The notes: generated by a model not told the origin, from the letters alone. A DNA stretch of 63,374 nt, filler included, from Sphacelaria rigidula (GCA_964200075.2; 4 parts of 4 records of this genome joined end to end with filler, not necessarily neighbours in it), one strand, 5' to 3'. Shown: positions 1 through 11,990, counted from the first letter of the whole stretch. Program-made: numbers and translations.

Positions 1-13
1 TTTTTTTTATTAT

Positions 14-75
<62 letters not shown>

Positions 76-1089
76 GGGGGGGTGGTAGACAACACATCGT
101 CCCACCGCCCATCACCCCACCGCCCACCACCCCACCACCCATCACACTCCACTCACCACAAACACCCCACGCCACACAGCCACTTGCTGCGAACCACACC
201 CACCTGCAACATGAGCCGCCTTCGGATTTTCGGCTTTGTAAAGGGCGGTAGCGCAGAGTCTGCGGTCGACGTTTCTGCCGAACCGTCTGTACCTGTGTCT
301 GCTACGGCCAACGTTTCTGCCGAACAGTCTGTATCTGTGTCTGCTACGGTGGCGGCTGCTGCACCAGTGGCCGCGCCAGTGCCCTCTACCAAGAGTGGAG
401 AGAGAGGGCAAGAAGAGTTACCCGCGAAGGTAGCGGATCCTCTAGACTTCCCACACAACCCATCCCTGCAAGCCTACGTGTTCAAGTACGGGAAATGGAG
501 ACGTTCGGTCGACAGGAAATCAGCTCTCCAGTTTCTTCTACAAGCTTTGGAATTCTATTATCTTGGCGTTTAGGTGTCTGGAGAGTATACTTCGTTGTAT
601 AGCCGACAATATATATAAAATGGTCCTGCTGCCGACTTATCCCGTGTTTGGTATGGAGAAAAGAAAAAGCGAGCGCGCATTTGCATTAATCATTTTTCGC
701 CCAGTTTCGACGTTTGGCGCGGTTATTGAATAAGGAGTGCGTTCGCAGTTCGCAGTGCGCAGAGCCAAGGTAAATGCTCCAATTCGATAGAAACATGACG
801 GAATAGTGACCGCGGAATGTACTTTGGTATATCACCGACTTGAACAACACACTATTCATCGTGCATCACACCTCGAGTTGTGATGAACTACCTCTTTTGC
901 GACTTGCCCCTTGCACGATGAACCATTTTTGTCAAACCGAAGCATCACGCCGCGTGTTGTTCCGCCACTTCTATGATGTCAGATAACAGATCACAAATCA
1001 CACACTGGTGCTGCTGTACCTTTATACAATCAGGCGTGCACTCCGGGTTGGGTAGCTAGTGTCAGTGTAGTACCGTGAAGTCTTGCAGG

Positions 1090-1273
1090 CTGTGACCCCA
1101 CCAAAACAGCCGTATCGTGTCGTATCAAGTATCAGTATCGAGTATCAGTATCGAGTATCGATACGTATCGGTCCATTTTCCGCGTATCGAAAAAAATATC
1201 GATATCGAGATCTTGAGATCGATACGTTAAAATATCGTATCGAACTTTTATTTCCGTTCGATATTCAACACTG
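1090..1273. repeat. GTATCG-rich subterminal repeat block of a probable DNA transposon end (ends ...gatattcaacactg)
   Basis: Clustered tatcga/gtatcg motifs ending in a CAGTG-type terminus on the minus strand. No matching TSD found. Confidence 0.4.
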
Positions 1274-1424
1274 GTAGTTTTCGGCATGAAAATTATCATG
1301 CGTGTCGACAGAGCCCTTGAAAGCAAAACCGCATAGATACATACAGCCTGTTCCGAAATGATCGTGTTTGCGAGTGTAGTTGATTGGAATTTATCATATG
1401 GTGACTTTGCGATACGGCCTGCAG

Positions 1425-1592
1425 GACGGATCGGATGACTTGGACGAGATTTTAGGCGCCGCTTCCGCAGAAGACGGATCCGTTGTACTAGCTGGCTACA
1501 CTGACGGTAGCTACGACGGCAGGTCTACCGGGTTGGAAGATATTGTCGCTGTCAAACTTGACGTGGATGGAGAACTACTTTGGAAATGGCAG
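1425..1592 (+). CDS. Receptor-like kinase gene, ectodomain repeat exon A (first visible exon; upstream exons not in contig)
   Basis: cag|GAC...CAG|gtgtgt, 168 bp, phase 0/0. Encodes DGSDDLDEILGAASAEDGSVVLAGYTDGSYDGRSTGLEDIVAVKLDVDGELLWKWQ, a beta-propeller-blade-like repeat that aligns with the next exon. Confidence 0.85.
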
Positions 1593-1766
1593 GTGTGTGC
1601 ATGAATTTGTTTTGCCTGCCGTCAGTGATTCATGACCTCTCGTGTTCTTGTTCTCCCTGGTTTTCATTTTTACAGAAGGGCTGCGAGTGTGTGCAGGTGT
1701 GTGGTATGGCCGCTACTGTTTTCGTTTTTTCCGATCTTGGTTTGGTTTCGGCTGGTGTAAAATTGA

Positions 1767-2162
1767 TAGAGCTCGGAAATGGTTTGTCTAACCATTAACC
1801 AGTCGAATAGTTACGCGTAGCGCACTCATTAACCACTTAAATGGTACATAATGGTTTGGTCATCGAGCGGCGCAGCCGCGAGCCAAAAAGCCCCCCTTGG
1901 CAGAGGGACCCCCGCCGCAGGCGCCCCCGGAAGGCCCCGCTGGAGGCGCCATGCGGGAGGCACGTTCTTGCGTGATTTGGATTCACTAGAGCTAAAGAAA
2001 CGTGAAATTTGGGTCAACTTTCAAGGACTGCATGTAGCATACGTAGCCGGTAACGGTAAATAATGGTTTGAAACCATTATCCCAATTTTTCATATAACCA
2101 TTACCATTATTACCATTCTAATGATAATGGCCAGTTATAACTGGTACCATTTCCGAGCTCTA
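1767..2162. mobile_element. hAT-type MITE
   Basis: TIR tagagctcggaaatggt...accatttccgagctcta with a perfect 8-bp TSD aaaattga (1759-1766 and 2163-2170). A related copy starts at 22679. Confidence 0.85.
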
Positions 2163-2997
2163 AAAATTGATACTGTTCTGTGCGGTGCGCTTGTACTGGC
2201 AGGAGAGTGATTTGAAAGGTTTCAGCGTTTCAGTAGTGTGAATGGAGTCTAGATGCGCTGGTGACGCCACCATGATCTTTCTTGTTCTGCAAAGTAGGTT
2301 GGACATGACAGGTGCGTGTAAATCACAGTTATCCTGGCAAACGTGATGCTCCTGAATAATTTCGGTTGCGAAATATTGTCCTATCGTCGAGCTCGCTGAG
2401 TTCTTGAACGATGTGCCGCGTTGCCTGAGAATTCTCGTGACTAGGCTACCCCCACAAAGTTGTTGACCCTCGCCTAGAAAAAATATCATATCGTTTATTA
2501 TACACATCTATCCTGCTTCCTCGAGACCACGAACGCCTGGTTGGTTGATTCAGTGATAGTCGCACATTTAGGTGTCCCCACGGACCCATCCATGATCACA
2601 AGATAAAGCATATTTGAGGAAAAAATACGGGAAAATTCGCTGACAGAAACTCGAGAAAGGCGAAAGCTGATGGGCCAACATTGGCAATCTCTACAAGAAA
2701 ACGTTTTCATCATAACAAACCTATTTGCCGCCTGCAAATAATAGCCTTAAAGAATGCACGCAGGTACGAGCCGTTTATCCAGGCCTGAGAAGCTGCAGTA
2801 CCTTACATCAAACGGCCTAGGAACTTGAGTAGACGCCCCCCAGTTTTCGTTGAACAAATGCCCTGCTTCCGCGACAGCGTCATTTCAGGGCTGGCCGTCT
2901 GAGGATCCTTCACCCGGGTTTCTGTCATGAGATAACTGGAGGTAAAACAAGCCGCACTCGCTGGGACACCACCACACGACGTTGGCAGGCTGCGCAG

Positions 2998-3185
2998 AAT
3001 ATTTCACACCTTGGACAATATATGATCAATAGATCAATAAAATAGACGAGAAACGTACTGCATAAACTATAGGTCTATTGCGACTATTGTCGGCCGGCAA
3101 TAGTTACAACAAACCTATACTTGATGCAGTACATTTCTCGTCTATTGCATATATTGACCATATATTGTCCAGGGTGTGAAATATT
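2998..3185. repeat. ~188-bp palindromic (foldback) element
   Basis: aatatttcacaccttggacaatatat...atatattgtccagggtgtgaaatatt; the arms pair along their whole length to a cggccg centre (~3091-3096). Confidence 0.8.
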
Positions 3186-3880
3186 TTGAAACTCGAAGTA
3201 AATTCTCCATTAAAACTCTACTCAATGCTTTCAAATATCTGGGCTGCAATCGCTAACTGTGACGCACCTGCAACGGGCGCGTGGTTGACGACATCCCGCA
3301 TCAGCCTCCAATCTGTGGGAAATACCCGCCTTGACACCGCCGCATATCCCGCGCACAAGTCATGCGAATTTGGTATGGTCCCACCTCTGTTACCCTGAGC
3401 TAACGTCTTGATGCGTGCTCAATCGCAGAGAATATCACCACGGGCATAACCGCTGACAGAATGTACGATAACCTCGATATGAATAACCAGGTAGGTTCCT
3501 TGAAGGGTGACGAGAAGGTCGTGTAATACCTGCGTCTAGACATGTTCACAATCAAGTAATCGAGGAGTACGGTAGTGTCGGAAATGACTCGCTGACTAAC
3601 TGAACTATAATCAGCTCGAAGTTCTGCCCGAACAGACGTGTTCTTTTCCCAGCGTTGTAGGCCGCCCACGCAAGTGGTGTGATATATCACCGGATACAGT
3701 CGGTTTCATATCATATTTTGTTGCATTTGACAACCGGACATTTTCTGACGGCGCACTATAGAAAGCAACAGAAGATAGTGCTTCATGGCTCTATTTGGGC
3801 ACTGTCATTCGACGTGAGCAATCCAACCTACTTTCTTTGCTTGACCATGGTCGTACACAAACTGTCCCCGAAAACTTCAG

Positions 3881-4051
3881 GGAGGAAGCGAAGACAGTGA
3901 AAGGGCAACTGGGGTGGCCGTATTGAATGATGGGTCTGTTGTGCTGGCGGGACAAACGTACGGCGATTACGCCAGAGAAGGCTTGGGCTTGAGCGACGTT
4001 TTCGTTGTCAAGCTCAACGGCAGTGACGGCACCGTCTTGTGGAAATTGCAG
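3881..4051 (+). CDS. Receptor-like kinase gene, ectodomain repeat exon B
   Basis: cag|GGA...CAG|gtgggc, 171 bp, phase 0/0. Encodes GGSEDSERATGVAVLNDGSVVLAGQTYGDYAREGLGLSDVFVVKLNGSDGTVLWKLQ and shares DGSVVLAG.T.G.Y....GL.D...VKL....G..LWK.Q with exon A. Missed by the ORF track because the frame has no start codon. Confidence 0.85.
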
Positions 4052-5329
4052 GTGGGCTACTGGAATTAGACGGGAGGAGAAAGGACCCGGGTTTCGTTTT
4101 AGTGCTTTTGCCATGTGCTGTAGTGGGGGAACTGAAGATGCATGGAGCTGCTGTAGACGGTAAAATTTAGGAAGCCTGTGCATAGAACTCAGGATCTATC
4201 CATATATAACTCAGGATATATCCACATATAGTCTAATGGCACGACTCTCCGTCAACACGCTTATCAGCAACAGTAAACGTGACCGAAGCACAGCATAGTT
4301 CAGACAAAGCAAAATTCCACACGTCGGATAGATCATGATCCCCATGGAAACTCCTTATCCTCGATATACTGCTCCGAATCAAGATCCGGGTCATTTGGCC
4401 TCCTTGTCCATGTTTGCTCCTTACAGCGCTGGACGCTGAGCACGCCGAGTAGTGCAAATGTTGCGCCTAGGTTTTTCTGACTCCGCGGTCCCATGTTTTG
4501 TGTTTTTGGACCCACGAATCCGAGAGTCTTCTTTGATTGTTTGCCTCAGACAGATCATGATCTGTTCGACGTGTGCAAAATTCGTACGAATTGACTCGTT
4601 ACGATTGTCGAGTGCGACTCGTGTGTGAAAGAACCATCATGTACAAACAGCAGATGAAAAAAAGTAGACAATCGAGCTACTATCGCACGAATTACGAGCG
4701 GGATTGTGTACACTACGAGTAGTGTCACACGAAAAAAGTGTACGAAACATGTGTGAAACACAGCTCTTGTACACATTACCTGTGGGAAATTCCAATTTGG
4801 TCTATCCCCCAAATCTTACGCGTAGGAAACATGTACGCAGGATTCGTGCAGTATGAATGGCAGATGGCAAACATATACATGAGGTTCATACCCTACGAAT
4901 AGCGGGGGGAAACATATACACATATGTTTAATGCTGCACGAATAATTGCTCAGGAACATGTACGCTGTTATTTCATTCCGTGTGAGTGGCAGGTGCGAAA
5001 CGTATACATATGAATAGTTGTTGCGGAATATGTGTCAAAGTAGAGGATCCTGGCGCATGGAAGGGTGGCTGAGATGTGCATTCGATTCATGACTAACGTA
5101 TGACGGGCGAGGAGAAGGTTCGTCTGATTCATTCGCGCTTCATGTCGCACGACCGACAGCTGGGAAACACACACGTTTGGTTCATGCCGTATGAATGGAA
5201 TACGGGGAACATGTCCGTATGTTTTTTTTTTCATGAGCCACATGTGGCAACATTTACGCGTGTTTCATGCCGCATGAATCACGGACGGGGAAGATGCATA
5301 CGTCGGACGAGCACGAGTATGACTCGTGG

Positions 5330-7445
5330 CACTCGCACTCGTTCGGCTGCTCTTGGGCCGTTTTTGGAGGTCATCGAGCACTCGAGTTGTTGCTCGTGGT
5401 GAAAACAATCAATGAGTCGAATACTCGAGTCATTGCTGGTGGTGGAAACAATTAATACGGCGAGCACTTGAGCAATTGCTCTAAATATTATTTCCGCACA
5501 TTAGTCCAATATCTCGAACCCGCGATCATAGACGTAGGTTTGTCTTTCCAACACCGTCTCTGCTATTTTTCATAAAACATAGAGTCCTCCATATATATTT
5601 TTCAGACCCCAGCCTAAAAACAAGAACAAACGCAGTCCACTAAAATATTACCATGATGAGAATAGGAAGAGAGACGCCGAGAGAAACATGAGAAGTAGCT
5701 TCCCCGAGTTCAACGAGGTGAAAAAAAGAAGCCCTTCAGATCTGCTAAGAAAAGTACACCGACAAAAAAGGAGGCAAAAGAAAAGACAAGACAGAGGACA
5801 TATGGAGATTAGCATGGCCACCGAGCCAGGGTCGACTCCAAAACAAATCCAGACACCCTCATAGACGACCACCACAGTTGTTCGGAAAGACCGCAGATGT
5901 ACTAGTGAGTGTACTACCCAATGGACCACTGGTTACTTTTTGGAGGTCCTCGGTAGGCACGGGGGGAGCTCTAGTGGTAGCACAGCAAAAAATTCCTTAG
6001 CGTGGCGTGCTTTTGTCCAGGCCGCGATGTACATGTTAGCCTCTTCCTCTACAACTCGGGACCATTCGGACCCATTTTGGGCAACCTGCGTCCACGATGT
6101 CGCATTTATTCCAGAGTACGAACAGTAGCCCGTGATACAGTGTTGTCGGCGCCTCGCTGGTCGGCCTGCCCTCGTCTTCCCCCCAACCATGACTCCACGC
6201 ATGACGTTGGGGAGGCGTTCATCGTGCATGCGCACAACGCGGCTGGTGTGTAGGAGGGTTCGCTTCATCACTGTGGCCTCAACGAACTCGCAACTAGTTC
6301 GTTCGAGGACCTCGTGGTATGGCAAGATGTGGTAATCAGGGGCACTGCGATTCAGGGTATGCTTTTTGAGGCACCTCAGCGGGAATCCTCGATGGGCCTC
6401 CCGTAATGCGTGGAAGTTGTCGTGTGCCATCGTCCAGGTCACGCCGTCGTACAGTATTACTGTACCTCGATCACTTCAGTCTTCACGAGACGAACCTTGG
6501 TGGCGAGGGCAATGTACGGGTTGTCGTATACCGCTCTGCTATACTTCTAGAAGCACGTCCAGGCCTGACCAACGCGGTTGTGGATCTCGGGAGTGACATC
6601 ACCGATGCTGCTGGTTTTTCTGCCAAGGTAGAGGAAGGACTCAACTTGCTTGTATCTTTTGCCCGAAAATTGATAGTGTGAGTACCTGAGTCATTACTCG
6701 TGATGGAAAAAAAATAATGGGGCGGGCACTCGAGTCATTGCTCGTGGTTGAAAAATGTAATAGGTCGAGCACTCGAGGCATTGCTCGTGTGGAAAAATAC
6801 ATGACTCGAGCACAAGAGTCATTGCTTGTGGTGAACGACTTGAGTCGAGGATTCAGGAATCCGACGAACGAATAATGACGATCTTAAACCTAGAATCTTC
6901 AAGTTCATACAGTATGCATATCTGCACATGTACAAGCTTCTAGCTTCAAGCTTTTAAGCTCATTTCAATTTTATCCAAGGACCACGTACTCTCTCTCTCT
7001 CTCTCTCTCTTTCACAAACACACACCCAACCACATACACACAGATCAGAGTTGTACTGAAGCGGAGAGCATTGCCCGAGTAGTACATTTTTATTTAATAG
7101 CAATGCCGCTTGGTGTCAACCCATGAGCCACCCTCCTTCATCTAAAGACGCTGGCGAACCGGCACCGAGGGAGCGGACGACAGCAAAGAATATGCCAACA
7201 TCAACGCCGGAAAAGACGACGTCCAACTGTTGTATTAATAGGGCGAGCACTCAAGTCGTTACTCGTGGTGGGAAAAGTTGATAGGAAGAGCACTCGAGTC
7301 ATTGTTCGTGATGGCAAAAATAAATAGGGCGAGCACTCGAGTCATTGCTCGTGGTGAGAAAACATCAACAGGTCGAGAATTGGAGTCATTGCTCATCGTG
7401 GGAAAAATTAATAGGGCGAGCACGCGGGTCATGCTCGTGGTGTTT
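5330..7445. repeat. Interrupted ~37-bp tandem repeat array (consensus ~gagcactcgagtcattgctcgtggtggaaaaaataataggc)
   Basis: Unit clusters at ~5330-5480, ~6680-6850 and ~7240-7445, separated by a LINE fragment and other DNA. Confidence 0.7.
5933..6680 (-). mobile_element. Degenerate non-LTR retrotransposon (RTE-like LINE), C-terminal part of ORF
   Basis: Minus-strand translation contains ...TWTM...LREAHRGFPLRCL...VEATVMKRTLLHTSRVVRMHDERLP.VM.G...G.TRAGRPARR, the region that follows RT in RTE-clade LINEs. Frameshifted. Confidence 0.75.
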
Positions 7446-7581
7446 TAGAAAAACATTGACAAGCGCCTTCGTTTCGACGAGTAGTGAATCGTCCGACGTG
7501 TGGGAAAATGTACCTTTAAGAGAGTACCGCAAAATGACGGGCGGGATTGTGCACGTTCAATGTTCTTTTAATATATATATT

Positions 7582-8740
7582 CTACCTCTGTTCGGGAATA
7601 TAAGATCGGTATGGATATCCGGAATGTAAGATTGTTTTCTACTATATGCCCCAAAGTATGTGATGTAGCCATTGTAGCAGGTCCTACAGGTTGTGTGTAT
7701 GTTGGGATAGGAAACTGGATGAAAAAAATAATCCGCTCAAAAGGGGGCGAATGGTTTGTCATTATCCCCGGGTAGGTGAAATCGTGGAAAATTCAGCTAA
7801 ATCGTACCCGGCCAAAGAAAAAACGAACTGCGGACGCTGAAGAGGTGATCCCCGCAGACAAAAGGAACGGCTTTCTGGGCGAGTTCAAGGAAGCAACGCC
7901 CCGGATATGTCAAGTGGAGAAGCTCGGACATCCATTTCGTGGGGGGCCGGGGGGTCAAGTTTTCGTGTGGACAGTGCCGTGTCGCGGCCGCGGGGGTAGT
8001 GAATTGTCGCTCTCTACAGCAGTAGTGTTCGCACAACCTCGACGCTCACACTCCGTTCTTCAACCGTGCATTGCATTCTTCACCGCAGTTCTACATTTGG
8101 GAGTATTTAGTCCATCTTAGACCTCCTCGGCATCACCGCTGCTGTACGTGTACAATCTGACTCCTCGTCTACCTCCAATCTGACTCCTTGTCTACCTCAC
8201 TCAGCGAACAGAAAAGAGCGGCAGAAGAAGAACACTATGCTCGTTCCCGCTAAATGTACACGACATTCGGCGGAATAAATGTGCACAGGCTCCCTTGCTT
8301 GAACCTGTGCGTCGTACTTGCGCCACAGTCTCTTCATCAACTGCCATTCGCAGCCGAACTCCTCCGCGGCTGCAATGTACGCACCCTTCTTCAGAACCCC
8401 GTTGTTGCTACCAGCGACGAGGTGCCAAATCACCGCAGCTCTTCCCAAACTGTTGAGGTTCTTGTGTTTTGACACGTGGGAGGCACTCCCAGCAGAGTAC
8501 ATGCCTCACCACAAGATGAGAAGGCTTTTGACCGGGTCTTCGAAGTTGGGGTGGTGATTTCGAGCGGCTTGTGCTGGGGTGGGCTACACTCTTCTGGTCT
8601 GTGCTAAAGAAAAACGATTCTACGGGCTTGGCGTGAGTGCGGCGAAACCGGGGGGAAAAGCGGTCTGGAAAAAAAGTTCCGCGGTTCCCAGATACCCCAC
8701 TTTTTGTCCATACCGATCTTATATTCCCCGACAGAGGGAG
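7582..8740 (-). mobile_element. Internally deleted Tc1/mariner (Stowaway-type TIR) element with transposase remnant
   Basis: Left ct(a)cctctgttcgggaatataagatcggtatgga matches right tccataccgatcttatattccccgacagagggag|ta, in a TA-rich context. ORF 8197-8502(-) LNSLGRAAVIWHLVAGSNNGVLKKGAYIAAAEEFGCEWQLMKRLWRKY resembles the N-terminal HTH of mariner-like transposases. Confidence 0.7.
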
Positions 8741-8804
8741 TATATATTATTTGTGGTACTTTGAATCCCCCCTCTTCCTTGGGACGAGACCGTGGTCTCA
8801 GGGG

Positions 8805-9053
8805 AACATCAAATCATCTCTCCCGGTACACGCCTTGAACGTTGGTCTTGCGGATTAGATCAGCACCCCCGCACCGCGCCAAGTCACGTCAAACACGCTC
8901 AATCAACGACTTCTTGTTTACCCACGTTCTCACGCTTTCCACGTCGGAAATCAGATATTACGAAGAAAACCCCCCCAACACATCGGGAACTGAATCCTCA
9001 TTCTCTCCACCCTGATGGCGACAGTCGGACCATTACACCACCGGGGCGCGGCG
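8805..9053 (-). mobile_element. tRNA-derived SINE-like element, family 2
   Basis: Minus-strand head ccccggtggtgtaatggtcc...aggattcagttcccg (A/B-box-like). Body (catctc.cccgg.ac...gcgga...tcagcac) is shared with 59935-60172 and 62000-62231. Confidence 0.55.
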
Positions 9054-10173
9054 GTCCCACAATCACAAATCATGCTGTTGTTTGTACGACATGTGAAAGG
9101 TAATTTTGATGGCAGAAAAAGGGGAAATAAAAACAATTGAAGCCGTTTTAAAGTCATTAGTCCTCATCTCCGGCGACGAACGCCAACAAATTGTCCATTT
9201 GTTGCTTGGCGATGAAGATGAACATGGTGCTAAATATTTTTGTAATAAAGATATCTGCGGTGGCGTCGAGCTATACTTGCTATTTAACCTTTTCACTACT
9301 CGTGCGCGCATCAGTCTCTCTATCGTTTTGCAGCAATATCTTGGACTATGGACGCAATAAATGCTATAACTGTCCAGCATGATATATGTTTCAGGAGATA
9401 ATACCGTGTATGAGCTGCATGGTCAAGAGTGTCGTATCGCCAGGGCTGTAAATAGATCAAGAAAATTGGCGTGCAGTTATGTTCAACGATCGGACATAAC
9501 AGCACGCTGCTGCCGCCGCCGCCAAATCCCAGCTTCCCATTTTCATCTTCGAAAATCTAAATCCCTCGAAGGCGGAGAGTTGCAACAAATAGAAACAGCC
9601 GACGTTTCCAGTCTCGGTTCAGGTTTCTCAACATACGTCGCAATTGCGCACGCCATGGGGTACTCTTATCGATTTATTTCCAATGAGCACATCACATAGT
9701 CGAATAGCAGCGACCCTCCACTTTTCATTCGCATACGCCTCGTCATTACTGTCATCGTGTGCATCTCATACCGTCCCGAGTCTTTGAACGCATCATCTAA
9801 TTTGTCGTTTCAACAACGGCGCCGAAACAAAAGACACAGGGGTCAACGCACTGAAATTTGTCAACAAAGAGAACTACCCATTACGTACCTGCGTACGATT
9901 AGTTTGTGGCACATACTCGTAGCTCAATCAACGATCGCGCGAACGCGACCACCTTTTTGGGCCAAAACATTTGAGATGAGACCCTTGTCTGTGTTGTTGC
10001 GGGTGTAATTCTCGCCATATATCATTACCCAGGTTTGGGGGGGGCGTGTTGGGGGAGAGAAGGGGCATCCCGCTTGGTTCCACGAATACCACATAAAACC
10101 ACTTCGGCAATTAACACCCACCTGTACCCATATTTCTGTTTTCTTTTTGTGTGGCGCCTGCTCGTGTATCCAG

Positions 10174-11346
10174 GGCGGAGGGATCGGCTACGACGACTTG
10201 TACGCTGTATCCTCAATCCCAGGACAGAGTGATGCCAATTTCCCTAACCGCGTGATAATAACCGGTACGACCCAAAATACATGGGTCACAACTTCGGAAT
10301 CCGACACCGACCCTTTCGACGATACGCATGACTTCGTGGCGTTGCTTATCGATGCCGATGAAAGGCCTGCTACACCCTCCCCTACAACGCCCTCGCCTGC
10401 GTTCTCTTCGTCAGATATCACTGCCATACCAACGGCTTCGCTAGATGTGTCCACGTCTTCAGGGAGTACCCCCCCAACGTTCCCGCCTCAAGCGAACAAC
10501 GCGCCTACTCTGAGTCCGCTATTGGCCATCCCTCCAACAGGGTCAGCTTACACCCCAGCACCTAGTAGTAATATCGGCCTGAGCTATGACCAGGGCTCTT
10601 CATCGAGCATTGCGATGCCCGTTTCTCCAAGTTACCCGACCCCGCAGACCTCCTCCAACATTGGAATAGCGGTCGCTAGTGCCGCAGGTGCCGCCGTTTT
10701 TGCAGGACTGGTGGTAGCAGGAATCGTGTGCGTAAGGCGCAAGAGGCGTCGCCTTGCTAATGATGATACCCCCCCCCTGGTTGGCGCGAAGGCCAAGAAG
10801 AGAAATATCCAGGCAATGGTGCATCCCGCTCCCCCGAGCAGTGGCGGTAGCCTCGGGGGGAGCTCCCACAGTGCCACTGGTAGTGCAGTTGGGGCGGAAG
10901 AGGGGCGGGTGAAAAGCCCCAGTGGGACACCATCGCAGGCGGCGCCGCCGGGGTACGACGAACGCTTGATATTGACCGCGACTACAAGTACCACGAATTC
11001 GGGGGCCGCTGAGACGCGGAACTCGAGTCCAAGTTGCTCCCCCGATGGCAACGGCAAGTCTGATAGAACGCGCCGGCGCTCCTCTGAACAGTTGAACAAT
11101 CAACGGCAGAAAAAGAAAGCGTCAGCCACCCGCAGCCTGCACGTGGGGCAGGCGGTGCTTGAGGCTGCCAGGACTCTGGCGCAACATTCTGCGATACCCG
11201 GCGTGCCCGAGGCGGCCAATCTGGTGCACGTACTGGTTACCCTCGCCACTGACCACAGGAGCAGTTCCAGGGAGGTGGAATCGCGGGTGCGGTGTTGCCG
11301 GTCTATCTTGACTATGTTAGAGCGCGCCACGGAGGTGCTGGGCAAG
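10174..11346 (+). CDS. Receptor-like kinase gene, large exon: last repeat, S/P/T stalk, TM helix, juxtamembrane region, start of helical bundle
   Basis: cag|GGC...AAG|gtatga, 1173 bp, phase 0/0, within ORF 10147-11352. TM segment IGIAVASAAGAAVFAGLVVAGIVCV (~10660-10734) is followed by RRKRRR. Amphipathic helices start at LHVGQAVLEAARTLAQHSAIPGVPEAANLV (~11137). Confidence 0.88.
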
Positions 11347-11798
11347 GTATGAAAAACGAAATGAGGGCCTGTGATGGTGCATGGCGTGGTAGCCACGAGG
11401 TGCTTGAATTGTGAAGTGCGCTTGTAATTTTGTTGCTGCCATATTCTAACGAGGACGTCGCCCCAGTACAGTAGCACAGCATATCTGCTTGGGCTGCGTG
11501 TTTACTATGGGTGAGTGTTTGTCATAATGCTGGTGTGCGAGTATTTGAGTTCAGTATCGTCGTCATCGTATACGCACTGTGGGGAATTTCCAAATATGCT
11601 TTTCAAGCTGCAACCTCTGCGTTTTCGTCAGGCCTTCTTGGGGAGAGGAGTAGGCGAAGTCCGCCTCTTCAACGCCCCTCTACTGGCTTGCACACACAGC
11701 GCCAACATGGCGTCCCGACTTTGTGCACACTTGCTATCAACATTGTTGAAAACTTGTATCTCGTGAAGCCGATCTGGTTGTTCCGCATGCCTTGATAG

Positions 11799-11990
11799 GG
11801 CGGGCAGCCGGTAGGAGAGGTGGAGCAAGCACTGCTGGACGATGTCCAAGAATCTGTGAGCGGTCTTGTAGAGGTAATGCAGGCGTGGAACAACAAAAGT
11901 GCAATCTCAAAGGTTTTCACGTCCACGCTGGCCAAGCGGCGCCAGGAGGAAGCGGAGGACGCCATCCGGGAGGCGGTTTCCCGTCTGCAG
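11799..11990 (+). CDS. Receptor-like kinase gene, helical-bundle (MLKL-NTD-like) exon
   Basis: tag|GGC...CAG|gtgacc, 192 bp, phase 0/0. Encodes GGQPVGEVEQALLDDVQESVSGLVEVMQAWNNKSAISKVFTSTLAKRRQEEAEDAIREAVSRLQ. Confidence 0.85.

Noticed and set aside
1-210. Poly-T/poly-G tract and His/Pro-rich start of ORF 82-573
   Set aside because: Low-complexity contig end. The ORF may be a TE fragment but has no recognisable domain or splice link to the receptor gene.
5330-7445. Palindromic ~37-bp repeats as a CRISPR array
   Set aside because: The units are directly tandem with no unique spacers, the context is a eukaryotic intron, and there are no cas genes.
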